NCBI GenBank assembly: GCA_943372995.1
Contig: CALSAQ010000003.1
Location: 297,443 to 329,442, forward strand
Length of the DNA: 32,000 nt
Direction of reading: 5' to 3'
Source: Sphingobacterium thalpophilum
Lineage (GTDB): Bacteria; Bacteroidota; Bacteroidia; Sphingobacteriales; Sphingobacteriaceae
Part shown: one piece after another, positions 10,126 to 17,325 of the stretch
How positions within the stretch are numbered: position 1 is the first letter of the stretch
Layout: every line of letters starts with the position of its first letter
Translations under genes and position numbers: made by a program
Notes under the pieces: generated by a model
Told to the model about the DNA's origin: nothing
What the model saw: the letters and a program-made list of their open reading frames with translations, nothing else
Databases searched by the model: none

Positions 10126-10772
10126 TCTTTAATCAACCTCTCATTAAGTGCTTTTGCTACTGCTTCCGACATAGTAGTAACATGTAACTTCATGTATATA
10201 TTGCGAATATGTGTACGAACTGTTTCATAACTAATATTACACTCTGCGGAGATTGCTTTGTATGATTTACCTAATGTTAACAATTTTAAAATCTCTAACT
10301 CTCGTTTTGTTAAATTGTATTCGTCTTTCGCTTTAGGCGGCTGAATCTCTTCTGAAAATTTCTTTAAAATTCGTCGCGCAATACTTGGTGTCATGGGTGC
10401 CCCACCAGTCATTAAATCCTCTATAGAAGAAATGAGAATTTCTGGAGTGCTATTTTTTAATAAGTAGCCTTGTGCTCCAGCACAAATTGAATTGAATATT
10501 TTTTCATCATCTTCGAAAACAGTAAACATCAAAACTGGAATATCTAATCCTGCCTTACGTATCTCAGTAACAGCTTCTATCCCATCCTTAGGTGGAATCT
10601 CGATATCCATAATAACTAAGTTGGCTGCCACTCTATTTATTTTATTCACAATATCATCATAAGTAGCAAATGAATCGACTAGGTGAATATGCTCATATCC
10701 ACTAAACATTAATGCTAATGAGTTTCTAATTTTCTCATTGTCATCAAAAATAATTACTCTAATTTCTACCAT
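10122..10772 (-). CDS. NarL/FixJ (LuxR-type HTH) response regulator
   Basis: 216 aa. The receiver domain has the acidic pocket FDD, the phospho-acceptor context VIMDIEIP, and the conserved Lys in YLLK. The C-terminal LuxR/GerE HTH reads LTKRELEILKLLTLGKSYKAISAECNISYETVRTHIRNIYMKL. It lies 8 nt downstream of the kinase gene. Confidence 0.9.
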   Translation of the reverse strand: MVEIRVIIFDDNEKIRNSLALMFSGYEHIHLVDSFATYDDIVNKINRVAANLVIMDIEIPPKDGIEAVTEIRKAGLDIPVLMFTVFEDDEKIFNSICAGAQGYLLKNSTPEILISSIEDLMTGGAPMTPSIARRILKKFSEEIQPPKAKDEYNLTKRELEILKLLTLGKSYKAISAECNISYETVRTHIRNIYMKLHVTTMSEAVAKALNERLIKD

Positions 10773-10780
10773 TTTACTCT

Positions 10781-11470
10781 CTACAATTTAACCTTTAGTT
10801 TAACCTGAGTTCCATTGTTTGGGCTCGAACTCATTTGATATTGGGCTCCAATATTTTTTGCTCTAACTTTCATGTTTAGCAAACCGTTACCTTGCTTGTC
10901 TGTGTTCATATCAAATCCAACACCATTGTCTTTTATTTCAATCTCCAAGAATTTCGACAAAAGTGTTATTATAATTTGTACTCGACTTGCTTCAGAATAT
11001 TTTGCTATGTTGTTAATTGCTTCCTTACATATCAAGTACAAATCTCTTCTCATTAGCATATCTAAGTTACTGATATTATTAATATTCGAGTTTAGTTCAA
11101 AATTAATACTTTTTGCACTTAGAATCTTATTTGCATAGGCTTCAATTTTTTGAATAAGATTTTGAAGTGAATCATTTTTAGGGTTTACTACCCAAACAAT
11201 GTCGCCCATATTCTCAACTGTATCTCTCGCACTATCTGCCATTTGATTTAGAATTAATTCCGCATCTGCTAGTTTGTTGCTGTTCATTCTTTGCTTTACT
11301 GCTTGTGCATAAAATGATATACTACTCAAAGTAGCTCCTACATCATCGTGTAAATCTTGTGCAATGTTGTTTCTTATGGTGTTTACATACTTAGATTTCC
11401 TCAATACTCTCAGTCCATAGAAGTAAAAAAATACCGAGCAAATAAATAATAGAATAGAGACAAATATCAT
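10781..11470 (-). CDS. Small membrane-anchored sensor histidine kinase (HisKA_3 + HATPase_c) with no obvious sensor domain
   Basis: 229 aa. It has a single N-terminal TM (MIFVSILLFICSVFFYFYGL), the H-box DLHDDVGATLSSI, the N-box EAINNIAKYS, and the G-boxes DNGVGF and GNGLLNM. Confidence 0.85.
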   Translation of the reverse strand: MIFVSILLFICSVFFYFYGLRVLRKSKYVNTIRNNIAQDLHDDVGATLSSISFYAQAVKQRMNSNKLADAELILNQMADSARDTVENMGDIVWVVNPKNDSLQNLIQKIEAYANKILSAKSINFELNSNINNISNLDMLMRRDLYLICKEAINNIAKYSEASRVQIIITLLSKFLEIEIKDNGVGFDMNTDKQGNGLLNMKVRAKNIGAQYQMSSSPNNGTQVKLKVKL

Positions 11471-11534
11471 TTAATAATAATAAATTAATTAATGTCTAAT
11501 TTAACTATTAAATTTGAAATGCAAGACTTCTACA

Positions 11535-12944
11535 ATGAGATATCTAGAATTTAAACTTTATATTGAGAATAGGCTAAAAACAGAACTGCCCGAGTCTTTA
11601 TCGTATCATTCTTACGAACACACACTAGATGTTTTACATTGTGCTTTGTTTTATGCTAATGAATACAATCTATCTGAATATGAAAAAGAGCTTTTAGCTG
11701 TTGCAGTTCTTTTACACGATTCTGGTTTTATCTACACCACTCATCAGCACGAAGAAAAAAGTTGTGAGCTTGCACAAGAACTTCTACCTAAATTCGATTA
11801 TGGCATTTCAGAGATTAATCAGATTTGTGGAATGATACGTGCCACAAAAATTCCTCAAGTGGCAAACAATCTATTGGAAGAAATTATATGTGATGCCGAT
11901 CTTGACTATTTAGGCAGAGAAGACTTTTGGGAGATAGGGAATAAATTATATGCTGAATTAATTGAATTGAAAATAATTCGCGATAGAAAAGATTGGGATA
12001 AACTACAAATTGATTTTTTAGAAAAGCACAAATATTTTAGCGAATATGCACTGCTGAACAGAGAGCCGAAGAAACAAGAACATTTAGCAAAAGTAAAATC
12101 GAGATACGAGTCTCATCCAGAGCAAACTGCTCAGAACATTGTAGTACCTATTGATTTCACTCCAATCACAGAAAATGCTCTTCAATATGCTTGTACTATA
12201 GCCGCAAAAAACAGCGATGCCATACAACTTATTCATATTGTAAAAAAAGGCGAATTAAACATTAATTCTATAGACATAAAACTTAAAAATCTAGCCAGTG
12301 AGTATTCTAAAAAGTACTCCATCTCAATACATGCAAACATTAAAGAGGGAAGTATATTTAGTGACATTGCTGAATTTGCAGAGGAAATAAAGGCAGTACT
12401 AATAATTATGGGAACTCATGGTGTAAAAGGAATGCAATATGTAATTGGGGCCTTTGCTATAAAAGTGATTTCAAGCAGTACCGTTCCAGTATTAATTACC
12501 CAAGCTCAATCGAAATTAAAAGATTCGTTTAGTAGAATTGTTATTCCGATTGACCATACCGGCGAGAATAAACAAAAGGCCTTACAGACTATCCAATTTG
12601 CAAAAATATTTAATTCTGAAGTATATCTCTTTAAGCAAAACAGTGGCGATGAAGACAAGAAAAACAGGACACAGTTAAACCTAAATTTTTTTAAAAAGCT
12701 GTTACTTTCTCAAGATGTGAACTGTTATGTTGAAGAAATGAGTATTTCCGCGAAAGATTTTCATAAAGAATTTATCAAATTCGCCGAGAAAATATCCGCA
12801 GATCTCATCATTATATTAACTAGTCATGATAAAGGTATTATCGATTACGTGTTAGGCCCAACAGAGCAACAAGTGATTAACAATACTGCAAATATCCCAG
12901 TGATGTGTGTAAACCCATTACAACTTATTTATACTAGGAAATAG
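11535..12944 (+). CDS. HD-domain metal-dependent phosphohydrolase fused to two tandem universal stress protein (UspA) domains
   Basis: The track ORF starts at a TTG at 11514; the first ATG (MRYLEF) at 11535 is the more likely start. HD motifs: [25 protein letters not shown]. Usp domain 1 starts at about 12138 (IVVPIDFTP...IIMGTHG...[11 protein letters not shown]). Usp domain 2 starts at about 12534 (IVIPIDHTG...IIILTSH...[13 protein letters not shown]). Confidence 0.8.
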   Translation: MRYLEFKLYIENRLKTELPESLSYHSYEHTLDVLHCALFYANEYNLSEYEKELLAVAVLLHDSGFIYTTHQHEEKSCELAQELLPKFDYGISEINQICGMIRATKIPQVANNLLEEIICDADLDYLGREDFWEIGNKLYAELIELKIIRDRKDWDKLQIDFLEKHKYFSEYALLNREPKKQEHLAKVKSRYESHPEQTAQNIVVPIDFTPITENALQYACTIAAKNSDAIQLIHIVKKGELNINSIDIKLKNLASEYSKKYSISIHANIKEGSIFSDIAEFAEEIKAVLIIMGTHGVKGMQYVIGAFAIKVISSSTVPVLITQAQSKLKDSFSRIVIPIDHTGENKQKALQTIQFAKIFNSEVYLFKQNSGDEDKKNRTQLNLNFFKKLLLSQDVNCYVEEMSISAKDFHKEFIKFAEKISADLIIILTSHDKGIIDYVLGPTEQQVINNTANIPVMCVNPLQLIYTRK

Positions 12945-14121
12945 CAGCAACACCAGGCAGTACTTTACCTTCCATATACTCTAATAAGGCACCACCACCG
13001 GTTGAAACATAAGAAACATCGTCGGTTAAATTAAATTTTGCCACCGCTGCAGCAGAATCTCCACCTCCTATTAAAGAAAAGGCACCGTTTTTTGTTGCAT
13101 CTACTACCGCAAGTGCTATTTGCTTTGTTCCATTTTCAAAATTACTCATCTCAAAAACACCCATAGGTCCATTCCATAAAATTGTTTTTGAATTAGCAAT
13201 TATTTCTTTGAAGGTTTTTATCGATTTTTCTCCAATATCTAAGCCCATCCAACCATCAGGTATAGAATCGTTGTTAGCACTTGATTTTTGGGCATCATTA
13301 TTAAATGCATCAGCTATAATTGAATCTACAGGTAATGCTAAGTTCACACCTTTAGATTTTGCTTTTTCTATTAAGCTAAGTGCTAAATCTAATTTGTCTG
13401 CTTCGACTAAAGAAGATCCGATGTTACCACCTAGAGCTTTTGCAAATGTATAGGCCATTCCCCCTCCAATAATAATAGAGTTTACATTATCTAGGAGTTT
13501 CTCTATTAATAATATTTTATCCGACACCTTTGCTCCACCCATAATTGCAGTAAACGGACGATCGGCATTATTCATTACCTTCTCTGCATTCTTTAATTCG
13601 TTTGCCATCACATAACCAAAGACCTTTGCATTAGGGAAGAATTTAGCTACAATGGTTGTAGAAGCATGTGCTCTGTGTGCTGTACCGAATGCATCGTTCA
13701 CATATACATCTCCATGTTTCGATAATTTCTCAGCAAAAATTTCATCTCCCTTTTCTTCTTCTTTATAAAATCTTAAATTTTCTAATAATAAAATTTCACC
13801 AGGTTTTAAGTTCGATGATTTCATAAATGCATCATCCGATATACAATCATCAGCAAAAATTACATTCGCCTTGGTTAAATCAGAAAGATGTTTTACTATA
13901 TGTTTTAGTGAATATTTTTCTACAGGACCTTCTTTTGGTCGACCTAAATGAGACATTAATACTACAGATCCACCATCAGATAAAATCTTTTTTATTGTTG
14001 GAAGTGCTGCCCTCATACGAGTATCATCAGTAATTTCAAAAGCAGCATTCAATGGGACATTAAAATCGACGCGGATTAAGGCTCTTTCCCCTTGGAAGTC
14101 AACAGAATCAATAGTTTTCAT
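12934..14121 (-). CDS. pgk: Phosphoglycerate kinase
   Basis: 395 aa and full-length colinear with Pgk. Motifs seen: [25 protein letters not shown], and GGGDSAAAV near the C-terminus. Confidence 0.95.
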   Translation of the reverse strand: MKTIDSVDFQGERALIRVDFNVPLNAAFEITDDTRMRAALPTIKKILSDGGSVVLMSHLGRPKEGPVEKYSLKHIVKHLSDLTKANVIFADDCISDDAFMKSSNLKPGEILLLENLRFYKEEEKGDEIFAEKLSKHGDVYVNDAFGTAHRAHASTTIVAKFFPNAKVFGYVMANELKNAEKVMNNADRPFTAIMGGAKVSDKILLIEKLLDNVNSIIIGGGMAYTFAKALGGNIGSSLVEADKLDLALSLIEKAKSKGVNLALPVDSIIADAFNNDAQKSSANNDSIPDGWMGLDIGEKSIKTFKEIIANSKTILWNGPMGVFEMSNFENGTKQIALAVVDATKNGAFSLIGGGDSAAAVAKFNLTDDVSYVSTGGGALLEYMEGKVLPGVAAIS

Positions 14122-14161
14122 TTCAAAATTATATTATGCGGCAAAAATAACATTAAAATTA

Positions 14162-14198
14162 ATATGTTAATATGTTAATGAGTGAATATGTTAATGAG
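14162..14198. repeat. Three direct copies of ATATGTTAAT between the motB-like stop and the pgk start; two copies extend to ATATGTTAATGAG
   Basis: ATATGTTAAT occurs at 14162-14171, 14170-14179 and 14186-14195. ATATGTTAATGAG occurs at 14170-14182 and 14186-14198. All were read directly from the sequence. Confidence 0.7.
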
Positions 14199-14206
14199 CA
14201 CACGAA

Positions 14207-14893
14207 CTAGTAGTGTATTCTTAGTACCACCCTCCTATTTATCGATTGGTTATTTGGTATTGGCTCCCCTTTTGGATTTCTATTAGGCACTACCGGTTGT
14301 GTATCTGCATACCCTGAAGCTTTTAGTCGACCAGGCTCCATACCTCTCTCAATTAAATACCTAACTACATTTGAAGCTCTTGCAACAGATAGCTCCCAGT
14401 TTGATGGGAAGTTTATATTATTTATAGGATTATCGTCGGTATGCCCCTCAACATCAATATGGAAATTAGCTTTTTTCTTTTTACTTACCGAATTAATAAT
14501 TTCGAAGATTTTGTCTACAATCTCCTTCCCTTCAGGTAATAATTTTGCATCCCCACTATTGTAAAAAGAATTACTCAAGAAACGCATATTAATCCCATTG
14601 TCTTTATTTTCAATCTCGAGATTTTTGTTCTTCACCTCTTTCATTAACATCGAATCGAGCTGATGTTTTATTTCACTTAATGGAGTAACAACTTCCTTAT
14701 TTTTTACTTTCGATCGGTAACTTGCTTTTACCCTATCCCAAACGTTCTGATCGACATTAGCTGAGGCAAATAATAAAATAAAGAAACAAAGTAGCAATGT
14801 AATCAAATCGGCATACGTAATTAACCAAAGCTCGCCTGGCTCTTCACCATGCAGCGACTTCATTACTTTACGTTTGTTATTATCCGACGACAT
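14207..14893 (-). CDS. MotB/PomB-type stator subunit (single TM with conserved Asp, plus an OmpA-like peptidoglycan-binding domain)
   Basis: 228 aa. The TM segment is WLITYADLITLLLCFFILLFA, with an Asp in the position of the proton-relay Asp of MotB. The C-terminal OmpA-like signature is VEGHTDDNP...SNWELSVARASNVVRYL...GYADTQP...NRRVVLRI. Its start overlaps the motA-like stop (TAATG at 14893). Confidence 0.85.
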   Translation of the reverse strand: MSSDNNKRKVMKSLHGEEPGELWLITYADLITLLLCFFILLFASANVDQNVWDRVKASYRSKVKNKEVVTPLSEIKHQLDSMLMKEVKNKNLEIENKDNGINMRFLSNSFYNSGDAKLLPEGKEIVDKIFEIINSVSKKKKANFHIDVEGHTDDNPINNINFPSNWELSVARASNVVRYLIERGMEPGRLKASGYADTQPVVPNRNPKGEPIPNNQSINRRVVLRIHY

Positions 14894-15720
14894 TATTTGT
14901 TTGAATTTTGTTTGCTATCGTTTTCCGATTCTCTACTAACAAATGACATTAATTGGTCTCTGATTACCAATGTTGGCTTATTCTCTTTAAGTAATAATAA
15001 TCCTTCTAGAATTATTATTTCTCTTCTTTGAGTAAGTGCGGCGTTGTATTTTATCTTCTTTGCTAATGGGATAAAAAATAAATTTGCAGAAGCAACTCCA
15101 TATAATGTACCAATTAATCCGGTAGAAATACCCGGACCAATATTCGAAGGGTCGTTCAAGTTATTTAACATCACAATCATCCCAAGTACTGTTCCCAACA
15201 TCCCGAATGCTGGTGCAGAATTAGCCATTGAGTGAAATACATCCGACATTTGTAATGCTTGGTTGTATTCTTTATCGATACTCGTTTCGCCCATTGTTCT
15301 AATATCATTAGACGAATAGTTCGTATTGTATAAATCGAACAACAATTTCACAAAAGTATCTTTCTCATTTTGTGAAATATGATTCATAAACTCTTTCTTA
15401 TCTTTTTTTATTCTATCGGCCCAACTCACTACCATTTCAATATCTTCATTAATAGAGATGGTTTTGTGTTTAGTCTGACTGAATAATCTTCCAAAATTTC
15501 TTAAAGCCGAAAAAACTACATTAATAGGATACATCACAAACATAGCTGCGAGCACTCCACCAAATACAATGAAAAAACCTGCAATATGTATAAAAGGATT
15601 TTTTAAGAAATTTGGCAAGTAATGTTCCAATCGTATTGCTCCTGCTGTATCCATAATACCTAATACAACCAAAGCAGTACAAATAACAAATCCTAAAAAT
15701 GTACCTAAAGAAAATTTCAT
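14893..15720 (-). CDS. MotA/PomA-type proton-channel stator subunit (4 TM)
   Basis: 275 aa. It has two N-terminal TMs, a cytoplasmic loop of about 100 aa, and then SAPAFGMLGTVLGMIVML and GPGISTGLIGTLYGVASANLFFIPLAKK. That is the MotA/TolQ/ExbB family signature, with prolines in both TM3 and TM4 as in MotA. Confidence 0.85.
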   Translation of the reverse strand: MKFSLGTFLGFVICTALVVLGIMDTAGAIRLEHYLPNFLKNPFIHIAGFFIVFGGVLAAMFVMYPINVVFSALRNFGRLFSQTKHKTISINEDIEMVVSWADRIKKDKKEFMNHISQNEKDTFVKLLFDLYNTNYSSNDIRTMGETSIDKEYNQALQMSDVFHSMANSAPAFGMLGTVLGMIVMLNNLNDPSNIGPGISTGLIGTLYGVASANLFFIPLAKKIKYNAALTQRREIIILEGLLLLKENKPTLVIRDQLMSFVSRESENDSKQNSNK

Positions 15721-15722
15721 AA

Positions 15723-16292
15723 TTATTTTTTTGAAGTAATATCTTTTAATTCTTTAGCTGTTGGTACTCTAATCTCTGGGTCTAGTTTTGCTGCCTGCAT
15801 CCAAAGCTCTTTTGCTTTTTCTTCGTTACCCATAACATATAAAACACTTCCCTTTAATGATAAGGCCTCAGCTGTTTCAACAATTTTTAATGCTTCATCT
15901 ATATAGTCGAGTGCCGAATTATAATCATCAACATATAAAAACTCTTGCGCTCTTCTATAATATTTCATAGACAGGTTAATTGCATCCATTGCCTCTCTAC
16001 TTACATTAAGTGTTCCATCTATTACATCTTTCTTAGACTTAGGATCGGTAGTCATGGTAAGCACAAACTCTTCATTACCTTTTCCCACAGCGTACTCAAT
16101 GGAAGCTGCGTTGTTTTTGTATTTCACATTTACAGGGTCTTTAACCGAATAAGCTCTACGAGCATTTTCTGAGATACGTTGTTGCTCGGCTAAATCCTCT
16201 ATAGTATATCTTGTTTCACATGAACACAAGACCAATACTGTAGCGAGTAAGCTATATTTAAGGCCTGTATATAAAGCTGATTCCATAACCAA
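15723..16292 (-). CDS. Putative TPR-repeat lipoprotein
   Basis: 189 aa. The N-terminus has a hydrophobic stretch ending in a lipobox-like LVLCSC. The C-terminal half is TPR-like (YYRRAQEFLYVDDYNSALDYIDEALKI...GNEEKAKELWMQAAKLDP). The true start may be the Met two codons downstream (16286). It overlaps the upstream gene by up to 35 nt. Confidence 0.6.
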   Translation of the reverse strand: MVMESALYTGLKYSLLATVLVLCSCETRYTIEDLAEQQRISENARRAYSVKDPVNVKYKNNAASIEYAVGKGNEEFVLTMTTDPKSKKDVIDGTLNVSREAMDAINLSMKYYRRAQEFLYVDDYNSALDYIDEALKIVETAEALSLKGSVLYVMGNEEKAKELWMQAAKLDPEIRVPTAKELKDITSKK

Positions 16293-17325
16293 AATTTTGT
16301 GTTTGAAGAGAGCTCTTCGTATTTGTAAAAACTGAATTAATAAGGAAATATCTGAAGTCTGTTTCCAGACTTAAGTTCTGTGTAAAGTTTATCATTAATC
16401 CCTGACGAACATAGGGCACCACTTCCGACGATATTAAAGTTCCTATCGACTGAAATGCTTCCATCCAATATTTTCTAGGTTGATCGTTTTTCTTTAAAAA
16501 GCATAACGAGTAATAAAATGCAGCATTAGGCATTATCTTGCCAAATTTCTGAAAATTTGTAGTATCAATATCAGAGGCAGTGAGCTGTAGATATGAAAGT
16601 CCTGTTTTAAATCCATAATACCCATTATGAGTACGGTTAAATGGTTGGCGCCATGCTACGTTTGCATCGTATAGCGAGGTAAGAAATTTATCACCTAAAT
16701 CAACATTATCAACAATATAATATTGTGTTTTTAAGAAAGTAATTCCTAAGCCTACTTGTAACTCCGCTCTTCGTGGGTTATATAGATCAGGGTTCGAATT
16801 AATCACTGTACTATATATCAATTCTTTTGACCTAGATTTTACAACTTGTAAATTAATTTGATAACCGGTAATATGATCATAGGTTAACTGTGCATATACT
16901 AAAGCTTGCAAAGAATACTTATCTATCACTTCACTCATTCTATTCTCATCGAGTATTAAACGCTCTAATGAATTCTGACGAGTGATGGTGAGATTAGAAT
17001 CTGTTCCGTTCACAATAGTAAGCGCTTTTTGTTTAAACTCAGGAGCCGAAACTACAGTAAAACCTGCACCTGCAAAAGTCCCTTCTAATCGGCTTCTAAT
17101 TTGTGAAGCTTCACTTTCATTGATAATGTATTCTGGATAGTCGAACTGTGCAATAGAAACTCTTTTATATAACAAATCATTCACCTTTACTTTATCAGCA
17201 ATCTCATCCATTAAATCGACTAATTCCAATTGCTTCCTAATGATTGGGTTGTTTTTATCTATTTGCGAATATGATGATACATTCCAAAAACTAAAAAACA
17301 GCACAACTATTATAATCTTTTTCAT
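16258..17325 (-). CDS. Secreted envelope protein: a periplasmic alpha/beta N-terminal domain plus a beta-strand-rich C-terminal half (possible outer-membrane beta-barrel)
   Basis: 355 aa. The signal peptide is MKKIIIVVLFFSFWNVSSYSQ. The C-terminal half shows alternating hydrophobic/polar strands (AELQVGLGITFLKT, GYYGFKTGLSYLQL, LMINFTQNLSLETDFRYFLI, NFGYGISFIYRP). No family was recognised with confidence. Confidence 0.5.
   Translation of the reverse strand: MKKIIIVVLFFSFWNVSSYSQIDKNNPIIRKQLELVDLMDEIADKVKVNDLLYKRVSIAQFDYPEYIINESEASQIRSRLEGTFAGAGFTVVSAPEFKQKALTIVNGTDSNLTITRQNSLERLILDENRMSEVIDKYSLQALVYAQLTYDHITGYQINLQVVKSRSKELIYSTVINSNPDLYNPRRAELQVGLGITFLKTQYYIVDNVDLGDKFLTSLYDANVAWRQPFNRTHNGYYGFKTGLSYLQLTASDIDTTNFQKFGKIMPNAAFYYSLCFLKKNDQPRKYWMEAFQSIGTLISSEVVPYVRQGLMINFTQNLSLETDFRYFLINSVFTNTKSSLQTQNFGYGISFIYRP

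Noticed and set aside
9133-14121. gap and pgk with the genes between them as a horizontally acquired island
   Set aside because: There are no integrase, tRNA or direct-repeat boundaries, and no visible compositional shift. The two-component system and the HD-Usp gene look native, so this is only noted as gene-order context.
14207-15720. MotA/MotB pair as a Zorya (ZorAB) anti-phage system, or as ExbBD/TolQR
   Set aside because: The MotA-like protein is only 275 aa with 4 TM and no long C-terminal tail, and no ZorC/D/E-like genes are adjacent. The partner has an OmpA-like domain, unlike ExbD/TolR. Flagellar-type MotAB is the better fit.
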